64,000 nucleotides of DNA. Source: an uncultured Acidobacteriota bacterium (GTDB lineage: Bacteria; Acidobacteriota; Thermoanaerobaculia; Thermoanaerobaculales; Sulfomarinibacteraceae). The notes beneath the pieces were generated by a model, which was not told the DNA's origin, did not search any database, and saw nothing but the letters and a program-made list of their open reading frames with translations. Every line of letters begins with the position of its first letter. Position 1 is the first letter of the stretch. The position numbers and the translations under genes are program-made. The stretch is from the NCBI GenBank assembly GCA_963814875.1, contig CAWFFJ010000016.1, positions 85,003 to 149,002 on the forward strand. The letters are read 5' to 3'. Positions 37,986 to 51,381 of the stretch are shown here, one piece after another.

Positions 37986-39668
37986 TCACGGCGCTTCCGA
38001 TCCCCGCGCGGGGCGCTCGCCCACGACCACCGGGGCGAGGCTCCAGTTCGCGTCCACACGCGGCGTCCACGCGCCGGCGTGCTCGAGGTGCTCGGCGATC
38101 AGGTCGGTGATCGACCGGTCGATGGTGCGCACCCGCTCGGCGGTCGCGAGGTGGGGGAAGCCGCCACCTCCGGCGGCGCGGTAGCTGTTGACTGCGACAG
38201 TCAAAGTTCGATCGGGGTTGAGCGGACGCCCGTGCCACACGATATCGTGGACTCGATGCCCCTCGGGCTGGCGCGAGTCGATGCCGTAGCTCAGACCGGC
38301 CATCGTGTCGACGTTGTACGGCGCGACCCGCGGGTCCGACAGCACGACGCAGCCCTCCGGGGCGCACTCGAGCCCGTCGTACCAGCGCGCGGCGTGCTCG
38401 AGGACATCCGCGACCTCCGCTCCTTTCAGCCGAACCACGACGAGACTGTTTGCGAACACGTACAGCGACTCGACCCAGCGCCGGGTCACCGGCCCAGGGT
38501 CGAGGGTCGGCGTGTGCGGGTCGAGCAGCGAGGCGAGCGAGAGCTCGGCACCGGTGGCCTCGAGCTGGGTTGCATGGATGAGGTCGACGGCGGTGCAGTC
38601 GGCGAGGCGGCACCGGGCCACATCGACCGCGGCCGTCGTCGTCGCCACGACCTGGTCGAGCGCGGCGACGACGCGGGCGTGGAGCCCGGCGAAGGTGCGT
38701 TCGAGGTCCGGGTCCGGCGAGACGTCCGCAGTCGAGAGGTTCTCGCCGTGCCACGCAACCCGCTTCCACCCGTCGGCCCCGCGCTCGAGCTCGAGGTCGA
38801 CTCGGGTGACGAACCGCGCCCTCGAGCCGGGCTGGGCGACGATGACCCCGCCGAGTGAGAACGGAGCGATGTCACGGTGGGTGTGGCCGGTGAGGAGGAC
38901 GTCGATTCCCGGCACTGCAGCGAGGCGCCGGCCCCAGTTCTCGAGCTCGTCCGAGGCGTCACCGGAGCCTTCGAGCCCGGTATGGGCGAGCACCACCACC
39001 AGATCGCAGCGCTCCGCGCCGCGCAGCCGCTCCACCCAGCGCCGCGCGGCAGCGTCCATGGGCTCGAAGCGCAGCCCCTGGTAGTGCGCCGGGATCTCCC
39101 ATCCGGGGACGTTCGGCGTGGTCAGTCCGAGCACCCCGACACGGACCAGGCCCGCCGTGACGATCAGATAGGGAGGGAACGCGGGCTCGCCGGTCGCGGT
39201 GTCGATCACATTGGCGGACAGGAACGGGAAGTTGGCCGCGCGCTCAGCAGCGCGCAGCGGGCCGAGCCCGAAGTTGAACTCGTGGTTGCCGACCGCCATC
39301 GCCAGGTAGCCGATGCGCGACATCGCCTCGATCGTCGGGCTCGCTTCCCCCCAGCGCACATGCGCGTACTCCTCGAGCGGGGTGCCCTGGATGCTGTCCC
39401 CCGAGTCGAACAGAAGCACCGGGTGGTCGGTCGATTCCCGGATGCCGCGAACGAGAGTGGCAACCTCGGTCAACGAGCCGCGCGCGGGACGTTGGTCGAG
39501 GTCGTTGAACGCGAGCACCCGACCGTGGAGGTCCGAGGTGTGGAGAAGAGTGACGCGCTGACGCGGAAGCTCTGCCGCAGACAGGGACCCCGGCGCGGCG
39601 ATGACGACGAGCGTCAGGCAAAGGAGCAGACGACGTGGAGTCAGCACGAGCATCCTGGCTGCCGGCAT
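37986..39668 (-). CDS. 5'-nucleotidase / 2',3'-cyclic-nucleotide phosphodiesterase (CpdB-like)
   Basis: TSDLHG, DSGD..QG, GNHEFN, HTG, GHTH, NSYRAAGGGGF. Confidence 0.9.
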   Translation of the reverse strand: MPAARMLVLTPRRLLLCLTLVVIAAPGSLSAAELPRQRVTLLHTSDLHGRVLAFNDLDQRPARGSLTEVATLVRGIRESTDHPVLLFDSGDSIQGTPLEEYAHVRWGEASPTIEAMSRIGYLAMAVGNHEFNFGLGPLRAAERAANFPFLSANVIDTATGEPAFPPYLIVTAGLVRVGVLGLTTPNVPGWEIPAHYQGLRFEPMDAAARRWVERLRGAERCDLVVVLAHTGLEGSGDASDELENWGRRLAAVPGIDVLLTGHTHRDIAPFSLGGVIVAQPGSRARFVTRVDLELERGADGWKRVAWHGENLSTADVSPDPDLERTFAGLHARVVAALDQVVATTTAAVDVARCRLADCTAVDLIHATQLEATGAELSLASLLDPHTPTLDPGPVTRRWVESLYVFANSLVVVRLKGAEVADVLEHAARWYDGLECAPEGCVVLSDPRVAPYNVDTMAGLSYGIDSRQPEGHRVHDIVWHGRPLNPDRTLTVAVNSYRAAGGGGFPHLATAERVRTIDRSITDLIAEHLEHAGAWTPRVDANWSLAPVVVGERPARGSEAP

Positions 39669-39868
39669 TCTACCTCCGCCCGTCGTACACTGGCTCAGGT
39701 TTCGGACGATCCGTCCAGAGTAGATTCCAGCCGTCGGTCTGGAGGCCGCGCCGGTGAACTCTCAACCCGTTCTCCTCGGAAGACATCACGTTGCGGCCGG
39801 TGAAGCCGCGGAATGCCGCCTCACGGGCGGTGGTTGAGCGTGGCGGTGTCGATCCGCGAGGCTGCGCC

Positions 39869-41086
39869 ATGAGGCGCCTGCGACTGCTCACCGGCGGCGA
39901 GTCCCACGGTCCCGGGTTGACCGCGGTGCTCGAGGGACTGCCGGCAGGTCTCGCGCTCGACCGGGCCGACATCGACCGCTGGCTCGCCCGCCGTCAGCAC
40001 GGCTACGGCCGCGGCGGCCGGCAGCGCATCGAGCGCGACCGGGTCGAGGTCACCGGCGGCCTGCGCAACGGCGTCACCCTCGGCTCCCCGCTGGTGCTCC
40101 AGGTCGCCAACCTCGACTGGAAGAACTGGGCGGCAGCCATGGACCCGTGGGCGGTCGACCCCGCGGCCGCCGCCGGCCGCGCCGTGACGGCGCCCCGCCC
40201 GGGCCACGCGGACCTTGCCGGCGGCCTCGGCACCGACCAGCTCGACGACCTGCGCAATGTGCTGGAGCGCGCCTCGGCCCGCGAGACCGCGGCCCGGGTC
40301 GCGGCCGGCGCGGTCTGCGCCCAGCTCCTCGGACGCTACGGCATCGCCTTCCGCTCCGCGGTTCTCCAGCTCGGCCCTCACGTCGTCCGTACCGGCCCGC
40401 CGAGCTGGGAGGACCTCGCCGGTGTGCGCCCGGACTCGCCCCTGGTCACGCCCGACCCGGACCGGGAGGACGCGCTGGTGGAGGCGGTCCGCACTGCCCG
40501 TGAAACCGGCGAGACCCTCGGCGGGGTGGTTGGCGCCGTGGTCCGGGGTCTCCCTCCGGGGCTCGGCTCCTACGTCCACTGGGACCGCAAGCTCGACGGC
40601 CGAGTGGTGCAGGCCCTGGTCGCGATCCCCTCGGTGAAGGCGGCCGCAATCGGCGCCGGCCTCGAGGTCGCGGCCGTGGTCGGCTCCGAGGCCCACGACG
40701 CGATCGTCGCCGGTCCGCACGGTCTCGAGCGCCCGACCAATCGTGCCGGCGGCCTCGAGGGCGGCGTGACCAACGGCGCCGACCTCGTGGTGCGGGCGTA
40801 CTTCAAGCCGATCGCCACACTGCGTCGCGGCCTGCCCTCGGTCGACCTCGCGAACGGAGAGGCGCGCACCACCACCTGGGAGCGCTCCGACGTGACCGCG
40901 ATCGGCGCCGCGCCGGTGATCGTCGAAGCGATGCTCGCCCTCGTGCTCGCCGACGCCCTGCTCGAGAAGCTCGGAGGCGACGCCGTCGCCGACCTCGACG
41001 CAGGATGGCGGGCTTACTGCGAACGGCTCTCCCGATGGTGGCGCCCGGCAGACGCGGGGAATCACGGCTCAGCCGCAGGCGATTGA
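39869..41086 (+). CDS. aroC: Chorismate synthase
   Basis: GESHG, PRPGHADL, ERASARET, GGLEGG, KPIAT, ERSD. Confidence 0.96.
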   Translation: MRRLRLLTGGESHGPGLTAVLEGLPAGLALDRADIDRWLARRQHGYGRGGRQRIERDRVEVTGGLRNGVTLGSPLVLQVANLDWKNWAAAMDPWAVDPAAAAGRAVTAPRPGHADLAGGLGTDQLDDLRNVLERASARETAARVAAGAVCAQLLGRYGIAFRSAVLQLGPHVVRTGPPSWEDLAGVRPDSPLVTPDPDREDALVEAVRTARETGETLGGVVGAVVRGLPPGLGSYVHWDRKLDGRVVQALVAIPSVKAAAIGAGLEVAAVVGSEAHDAIVAGPHGLERPTNRAGGLEGGVTNGADLVVRAYFKPIATLRRGLPSVDLANGEARTTTWERSDVTAIGAAPVIVEAMLALVLADALLEKLGGDAVADLDAGWRAYCERLSRWWRPADAGNHGSAAGD

Positions 41087-41142
41087 ACTCAGATGACCCC
41101 GGGGACGCGTCCACAGCGTCTCGCGAACGGGAGGTGGACGCA

Positions 41143-42012
41143 GTGATTCGAGTCAAGCGGGCAGCCAAGTACGGCTTCTGCTCCGGCGTGCGGGTCGCCG
41201 ACATCAAGGTCCGGCGCTTCGCGGCCTCCGGTCAGAGCGGGTCGATTCTCGGCCAGGTGGTCCACAACGAGCGCGTGGTCGCCGAGATGGAGGGGCTCGG
41301 GATGCGCACCGTCCACCAGCTCGAGGAGGTCGCCGAGCCGACCATCGTATTCTCCGCCCACGGCGTGCCCCCCTCCTACCACCAGCGCGCCCACGACCTC
41401 GGCCTTAAGATCCTCGACACCACCTGCAAGTTCGTCTACGACATTCACCGCGAGTCGCGTACGGCGCTTGAGGCGGGCTGTCACCTGGTCTTCATTGGCG
41501 ACCCCGAGCACCGGGAGGTGACCGGCTACACCCACGACCTCGACCCGGCGACCTACCACATCGTCTCCACCATGGCGGCAGCGCGCGCGGTGGACTGGTC
41601 GATCTACTCGAGGATCAAGGTCTTCTACCAGACCACCCTCAACGCCGAGGAGTTCGACGCCGTCGTTCGCCACATCGAGACGGTCAACCGCGCCACCAGC
41701 CGCGCCGACACCATCTGCTATGCGACCAAGGAAAATCAGGAGGCGGCCCGCCAACTCGCCGCCGACCCCGAGGTCGAAATGGTGCTCGTGATCGGCGGCA
41801 AACGCTCCGCCAACACCCACCACCTGTGGGAGATCACGACCCGCCTCAAGCCGTCCCACCACATCCAGGGCCCGGCCGAAATCCGGTCCGAGTGGCTCGA
41901 GGGGGTGTCCTGCGTGGGCATCACTGCAGGAGCCTCGACCCCCGACACCCTGGTCCAGGAGGTCGAGGCCTTCGTGACCGGCTTCGCTGCCGACCGAACC
42001 GCCACGGGCTGA
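41143..42012 (+). CDS. ispH: 4-hydroxy-3-methylbut-2-enyl diphosphate reductase
   Basis: GFCSGV, VHN, SAHG, DTTC, HREV, TIC, GITAGASTP; GGAGG RBS. Confidence 0.93.
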   Translation: MIRVKRAAKYGFCSGVRVADIKVRRFAASGQSGSILGQVVHNERVVAEMEGLGMRTVHQLEEVAEPTIVFSAHGVPPSYHQRAHDLGLKILDTTCKFVYDIHRESRTALEAGCHLVFIGDPEHREVTGYTHDLDPATYHIVSTMAAARAVDWSIYSRIKVFYQTTLNAEEFDAVVRHIETVNRATSRADTICYATKENQEAARQLAADPEVEMVLVIGGKRSANTHHLWEITTRLKPSHHIQGPAEIRSEWLEGVSCVGITAGASTPDTLVQEVEAFVTGFAADRTATG

Positions 42013-42053
42013 ACCACGGAGCAGTCTGAACCACAGAGCACAGAGGCACGGAG
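42011..42053 (+). repeat. Octamer-type tract starting at the ispH stop
   Basis: GAACCACGGAG...GAACCACAGAGCACAGAGGCACGGAG. Confidence 0.65.
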
Positions 42054-42114
42054 CCGCCCACCCACCCAGAGGGTCGGTTGAGGATTTCGCCAATGCCGGC
42101 TAGGCTGTGTTGCC

Positions 42115-43011
42115 ATGACTGTTGACACCGACACCTGCGGTGCGTGCGGTGCGGCGATGCCGGCCTCCGGCAGCCTGTGTCCGGTGTGCGGGTGGGACGC
42201 CCGCGTCGCCGTAGTCGATCGGCCACGCCGCCCGTTGGCCGCGGTTCTCGCCGGCGGTGCCTGGCGAACGCTGATGTACGGCACCTTGGTCGCACTCCCC
42301 CTGCTCGGCCTCTACCGGTTCGAGCGGGTGGGCCCCGGCCCCGACCTCGCCACCACGCTGCGCTGGATCGTGCTCGGGGACGGCGGCCGGTCGGCCGAGC
42401 TGGTGACCCTGCACCGCGCCTACGAGACTGGCTCCGCCGCTGCCCGCTACGCGCTCCACGAGGTCGCGGCGCCGCCGTTCGACGACGGATGGGCCGACGT
42501 TCTCGCGCCGTACTCCACGATACGCGTCCGAGGATGGATACCACTGCTGTTCTACGGCGCCGACACCGACCTCGCGCCGGCAGCCGTGCGGGAGTTCTAC
42601 GACATCCGAGCGACCGACGGCTGGGGGCGTCCATTCCGCGTCACCACGCGCCTGATCGTTCGGGGCGACGGCTGGCGCAACGACCCCGAGGTCATAGACG
42701 ACCTCGCGCGCGGGCTCAACGCCACCCTGTTCTCCGCCGGCCGGCCCGACTTCACCGCGGCCGAGACCCTGCGGCTCGTCATGGTCTCGGCCGGGCCCGA
42801 CGGACAGTTTGGCACCGATGACGACCTGTCGATGGTCAGCTACGTACCGATCGGAATGACGCTGCGCCTGTCGGAGCCAGGGGAGGATGTCCGCCGCGCC
42901 CTCGACCGCGCGATCGTGACCGGTCGCCACTGGTTCCGGTTCGAGGGCAACCGCTGGGACCTGATCGACGCCCGCCTCCTGGCCGAGGTCCGCCTCGAGA
43001 TCCTGTCGTAG
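42115..43011 (+). CDS. Zn-ribbon membrane protein with GspG C-terminal-like motif
   Basis: CGACG...CPVCG; TM helix; DGWGRPF...SAGPDGQFGTDDDL. Confidence 0.6.
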   Translation: MTVDTDTCGACGAAMPASGSLCPVCGWDARVAVVDRPRRPLAAVLAGGAWRTLMYGTLVALPLLGLYRFERVGPGPDLATTLRWIVLGDGGRSAELVTLHRAYETGSAAARYALHEVAAPPFDDGWADVLAPYSTIRVRGWIPLLFYGADTDLAPAAVREFYDIRATDGWGRPFRVTTRLIVRGDGWRNDPEVIDDLARGLNATLFSAGRPDFTAAETLRLVMVSAGPDGQFGTDDDLSMVSYVPIGMTLRLSEPGEDVRRALDRAIVTGRHWFRFEGNRWDLIDARLLAEVRLEILS

Positions 43012-43110
43012 CAGCCCGCGGGACCGAGGCCTTCGGCAGCGGTCGGGGGAGCGCAGGGTCATCCCGGGCCTGTGGGCGAAGCCGGCGATGGGTCTGGGAG
43101 GTCGCGTCGG

Positions 43111-46343
<3,233 letters not shown>

Positions 46344-46347
<4 letters not shown>

Positions 46348-47507
46348 GGCGAGCCTCCGCGGCAGCGCGCCGCGAAGCGGACGAAGAGCCCGGTCGCGTC
46401 GTTGGGGCCCGGTGAAGCTTCGGGGTGGAACTGCACCGCCTCGATCCCGAGCCGGGCGTGGGCGAGACCCTCGACGGTCCCGTCGGTGAGGTTGATGTGC
46501 GTGACCTCGATCTCGCGCGGCAGCGAGGCCTCCTCGACCGCGTAGTTGTGGTTCTGGGCGGTGATCAGGACCCGTCCGGTGGCGAGCTCGCGCACCGGAT
46601 GATTGCCGCCATGGTGTCCGAACGGCAACTTCACCGTGCGGCCGCCGAGGGCGAGGCCGAGCAGCTGGTGGCCCATGCAGATGCCGAGCATCGGCACCCG
46701 CCCGGCGAGGGCGGTGAGCAGCTGCGGCGCACCGGCAACCGCCGCCGGGTCGCCGGGCCCGTTGGACAGGACGACCCCAGCGTAGCCGTCGCCGAGCAGC
46801 GAGGCCGCAGCGGTACCGGGCGGCACGACCTCGACCTCGAGCCCCTCGCCGACCAGGCGACGAAGGATCGAGCGCTTGACACCGTAGTCGACCACTGCGA
46901 CCCGCGGCCCTTCCTCGGCTGGGGATGTCGACACGCCGGAGGGGCTGCGCCAGGGGCCCTCGCTCCACCGGTAGCGCTCGCGGCAGGCGACCTCGGCGGT
47001 GAGGTTGCACCCATCGGTGCCGCGCGCAGAGCGGGCGCGGGCGAACAACTCGTTGGGCTCGGTGCCGTCGGTCGCCAGCACGCCGGGGACCGCCCCTGCC
47101 GCGCGCACGTGGCGGACGATGGCCCGGGTGTCGAAACCCCACCCGACCGCGATGCCTTGCGCTTCGAGCCAGCTCTCGACGCCCTGTTCGGAGCGCCAGG
47201 ACGACGGCTCGAGCTCGAGGTCCTGAACCACCAGCGCGCGCGCCCAGACCCGGTCGGACTCGAGGTCCTCGCGGTTGACTCCGACCTCGCCGACGTGGGA
47301 GGTCGACAGCACCAGCACCTGGCCGTGGTACGAGGGGTCCGAGAGCATCTCTTGGTAGCCGGTCATCGAGGTGTTGAAGACGACCTCGCCCTCGATGACG
47401 GTGGCAGCGCCTGCGGCGAAGCCGCGGAACACTGTGCCGTCGGCGAGCACCAGGTGGGCGGGCCGGCGGCTCGCGACCATCCGGGACGGTGGGAGGCGGG
47501 TGGTCAT
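46344..47507 (-). CDS. carA: Carbamoyl-phosphate synthase small subunit
   Basis: [38 protein letters not shown]. Confidence 0.96.
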
Positions 47508-47666
47508 TGCGCGCGAGAGAATACCATCGCTCGGTGGCTCCCCGCTGATCGTGACCTCGGCCCGGTCGTACCTTCACCCGCTGCCTCGGATACGCCACGA
47601 CATCCCGGCCGCCGCCATGTGTGTGCCCTGCGGGCTGCTAGGATGTCCGCGAAGAGGGAGGTCCCT

Positions 47667-49724
47667 ATGCGTCGTTCTGCGCTCGTTGTCATGATCGCCC
47701 TGGTGGTCGCACCCGCATTCGCGGCTACGCGCCCGTTCACCGCCGAGGACCTCGTCGCGATGGAGAGAATCTCCGACCCGCAGCCGTCCCCCGGCGGGAC
47801 TCGGGTCGCGTTCGTGGTCACCACCATGGACCTCGAAAAGAACGGCGGCCGCAAGGACATCTGGATGTCCGACCTCGACGGCGGGCACCTCACCCGGCTC
47901 ACCACAGATCCGGCCAACGACTGGGCCCCCCGGTGGGCCGACGACGCCACCCTCTACTTCCTGTCCAGCCGGTCCGGCTCGGACCAGGTGTGGCGGCTGA
48001 AGCTGGCCGGCGGCGAGGCGGTCCGGATCACCGACCTTCCCCTCGACGTCGGTGCGCTGGTGGTGGAACCCACCCACACCGCGCTTTACCTCGGCCTGAC
48101 CGTCTTCCCCGACTGTGACGAGCCGATCCCGTGCACGATCGACCGGCTCGATCACCGGGCACGGTCGAAGACGAGCGGACTGATCTTCGACCGCCTCTTC
48201 GTGCGCCACTGGGACACCTGGGAGGACGGCCGCCGCAACCACGTCTTCCGCCTCCCGCTCGAGGCGGACGGACGCGCCGCCGGCGATCCCGTCGACCTCA
48301 TGCCGGGAGTCGACGCCAACTGCCCGACCGCACCGTGGGGCGACGAGAGCGACTTCTCGGTGTCCCCCGACGGCCGCTGGTTGGTCTACACCGCCAAGGT
48401 CGTCCCCGGCTCCGAGCAGGCATGGTCGACGAACTTCGACCTCTGGGCCGTGCCGACGGACGGCTCCGCGGCGGCCCGCTGCTTGACCCAGGCCAACCCC
48501 GCGTGGGACGGCTCGCCGCGGTTCTCGCCCGACGGCCGCACCCTGGCATGGCTGGCGATGGCCCGGCCCGGCTACGAATCGGACCGCTTCCGCGTCACCA
48601 CGATGCACTGGCCCGACGGCCCCGCAACCACCATCACCGAAGCCTGGGACCGCTCGCCGGCATCGCTGGTCTGGACCTCCGACGGGCGCTCGCTGCTGGC
48701 CACGGCCGACAACGTCGGCAACCACTCACTGTTCCGTATCGACCCTGCAACCGGCAATGTCGCCGCCCTGGTCACCCGGCACTCCAACACCGACCCCCGA
48801 GTGCTGCCGTCCGGAGGCGTGGTGTTTCTGCAGGACAGCCTGATCTCGCCGGCAGAGGTGATGGTGCTGCCTGCCGCCGGCGAGGAGGCGCACCGCATCA
48901 CCAACTTCAACGGCAACCGTTTGGCCGGCTTGGAGTTCGGTGACTACCGACAGTTCTCGTTCACCGGCGCCCACGGCGACGAGGTCTGGGGCTATCTGAT
49001 CCAGCCGGTCGGCTTCAACCCCAAGGGGTCCTATCCCCTGGCGTTCCTGATCCACGGCGGCCCCCAGGGGACCTTCGACGACCACTGGCACTACCGGTGG
49101 AATCCGGAGATCTACGCCGCCCACGGTTACGCGGTGGCGACCATCGACTTCCACGGCTCGACCGGCTACGGCCAGGACTTTACCGACGCCATCAACGGCG
49201 ACTGGGGCGGTGCACCGTACGAGGACCTCATGAAGGGTCTCGACAAGGTCCTGGCCTCGAACCCGTGGATCGATCCCCAGCGCATGGCGGCTGCGGGCGC
49301 GAGCTTTGGCGGCTACATGATCAACTGGATCCAGGGTCACACCGATCGGTTCAAGGCCCTCGTCTGCCACGACGGGAACCTCGACGAGCTGATGGCGTAC
49401 TATGATACCGAGGAACTTTGGTTCCCCGAGTGGGAGCACGGCGGACCGCCGTGGGTGAACCCAGAGGGGTATCGGAAGGACTCCCCGGTCAACTTCGTGG
49501 GCAGCTGGAAGACCCCCGAGCTGGTGATTCATGGTGCCCGCGACTACCGGGTGGTTGACACGCAGGGGATGGGCACGTTCAACGCCTTGCAGCGGCTCGG
49601 AATACCGTCCCGGCTGCTGTACTTTCCCGATGAGAGCCACTGGGTGTTGAAGCCTCAGAACTCGCTCCAGTGGCATCAGGTGGTGCTCGACTGGATGGAC
49701 CGCTGGACCAGAGGTGGTTCCTAG
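47667..49724 (+). CDS. Exported S9 family prolyl oligopeptidase/aminoacyl peptidase
   Basis: Signal peptide; PD40-like repeats; HGGPQG, GASFGG, DYRV, ESHWV. Confidence 0.93.
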   Translation: MRRSALVVMIALVVAPAFAATRPFTAEDLVAMERISDPQPSPGGTRVAFVVTTMDLEKNGGRKDIWMSDLDGGHLTRLTTDPANDWAPRWADDATLYFLSSRSGSDQVWRLKLAGGEAVRITDLPLDVGALVVEPTHTALYLGLTVFPDCDEPIPCTIDRLDHRARSKTSGLIFDRLFVRHWDTWEDGRRNHVFRLPLEADGRAAGDPVDLMPGVDANCPTAPWGDESDFSVSPDGRWLVYTAKVVPGSEQAWSTNFDLWAVPTDGSAAARCLTQANPAWDGSPRFSPDGRTLAWLAMARPGYESDRFRVTTMHWPDGPATTITEAWDRSPASLVWTSDGRSLLATADNVGNHSLFRIDPATGNVAALVTRHSNTDPRVLPSGGVVFLQDSLISPAEVMVLPAAGEEAHRITNFNGNRLAGLEFGDYRQFSFTGAHGDEVWGYLIQPVGFNPKGSYPLAFLIHGGPQGTFDDHWHYRWNPEIYAAHGYAVATIDFHGSTGYGQDFTDAINGDWGGAPYEDLMKGLDKVLASNPWIDPQRMAAAGASFGGYMINWIQGHTDRFKALVCHDGNLDELMAYYDTEELWFPEWEHGGPPWVNPEGYRKDSPVNFVGSWKTPELVIHGARDYRVVDTQGMGTFNALQRLGIPSRLLYFPDESHWVLKPQNSLQWHQVVLDWMDRWTRGGS

Positions 49725-50123
49725 CCTGCATTTCTCACCGCGTCACGTCGCGAGGGCGTCGAGATGGCTGTCAGCGCGGAGCAATCGAGCAGCGAGACGC
49801 CGAGTCGTATGGAGACATACGTCGCAGGCGGTGAGCTGCGAGTGCGTCCGCACTGGTTGGCAGATCGGCGCCCGCAGTAGGGAGGCGGTAAGAAGTGCAG
49901 GCGAGGCGCATCGCAGCGTGCGCACGAGATTCGTGGTATAAGGAGACGAGCCCCGGTCCGCCCGCGGCCGGCCGGCGGCGGCTGATGGTCAGCCGCCGCA
50001 CTCCACCGCGATCGGCGTGACCCGCGTGAGCGGGTCGAGCCCGGCGACCGGAGCTGACCCGTCCGAGCGTCAGCGGCGCGTGCGACCACCGAGTGGTCAC
50101 TCCTGCGCACACGAGGACAGGGA

Positions 50124-51329
50124 ATGACTGAAGAGCGCGATCAGAAGCCGAAGAAGGAACACAGCGGCGGTGGACGGCGGAGACGCCGGCGCCCGCGACG
50201 CAAGTCACAGGCGTCCAACGCCCAGCCGATACCGGTCCAGGGCTACCTCTGGGTCCGCGATCAGGGTCAGGCGGTGCTTGTCGACGCGAGCAACAGCTTC
50301 GTAGCCGAACGCAACGCCACGACGGTGCCCGCGGAGCTGATCCGGCCGCTCCACCTCGACAGCGGGCTCCTGATCGAAGGTCTGGCGGTGCCCGGCGACC
50401 GCCCGCGCCTGGTCGAGATCACGACCATCGAGGGGATGGCGCCGCAGGATTACCGAAGCCGAGCGCTTCCTTTCTCTGAGCTGATCAGCATCGATCCCGA
50501 CCAGCGCTTCCGGCTCGAGACGGATCCCGCCATCGTCGAGCCGCGCGTGTCGGAGCTGATCGCCCCGCTCGGCAAGGGCCAGCGGTGCCTGATCGTGTCG
50601 CCGCCGAAAGCCGGCAAGACGACGCTGCTCCAGCAGATGGCTCATGCCATTGGCGAAAACCACCCGGATACCGTCATCTTCGTCCTGTTGGTCGACGAGC
50701 GTCCGGAGGAGGTCACCGACTGGCGCCGTTCGATCCGCCGCGGCGACGTCTACGCGTCGTCCTCCGATCAGTCGCTCGAGTCGCACATCCAGCTCAGCGA
50801 GATGGTGATGGAGCGCGCCCGCCGGCTCGTCGAGCTCAACCAGGACGTCGTGGTCTTCATGGACTCCCTGACCCGCATGTCACGGGCCTACAACAACGCC
50901 CAGAAGGGGTCGGGGCGGATCATGTCGGGCGGGATCGACGCCCGGACCATGGAGAAGCCGCGGCGGTTCTTCGGTTCGGCGCGTAAAGTCGAGGGCGGCG
51001 GCAGCCTCACCATCGTCGCCACCTGTCTGATCGACACCGGCTCTCGGATGGACGAGGTGATCTTCCAGGAGTTCAAGGGCACTGGGAACATGGAGATCGT
51101 CCTCGACCGCAGGTTGTTCGAGAAGCGGATCTTCCCGTGCATCAACATCCCCCAGTCCGGGACCCGGAAAGAGGAGAAGCTGTATCCGCGCGAGCAGACG
51201 GAGAAGCTCCACCTCATGCGGCGCGCCCTGTCCGCGCTCTCGCCCGAGGCCGCGATGGAGCTGCTGCTGCAGAAGGTCCGGGAGTTCTCAAGCAACGAAC
51301 ACTTCCTGGCTTCGCTCCAGCTCCGCTAG
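50124..51329 (+). CDS. rho: Transcription termination factor Rho (divergent RNA-binding domain)
   Basis: GKGQR..IVSPPKAGKT, DERPEEVT, DSLTR, EFKGTGNME, SGTRKEE. Confidence 0.93.
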   Translation: MTEERDQKPKKEHSGGGRRRRRRPRRKSQASNAQPIPVQGYLWVRDQGQAVLVDASNSFVAERNATTVPAELIRPLHLDSGLLIEGLAVPGDRPRLVEITTIEGMAPQDYRSRALPFSELISIDPDQRFRLETDPAIVEPRVSELIAPLGKGQRCLIVSPPKAGKTTLLQQMAHAIGENHPDTVIFVLLVDERPEEVTDWRRSIRRGDVYASSSDQSLESHIQLSEMVMERARRLVELNQDVVVFMDSLTRMSRAYNNAQKGSGRIMSGGIDARTMEKPRRFFGSARKVEGGGSLTIVATCLIDTGSRMDEVIFQEFKGTGNMEIVLDRRLFEKRIFPCINIPQSGTRKEEKLYPREQTEKLHLMRRALSALSPEAAMELLLQKVREFSSNEHFLASLQLR

Positions 51330-51381
51330 CCGACGTTTTGTATCGAGCCCCGATCTCAGCTATGCTGAACGCGGAGGGCGC

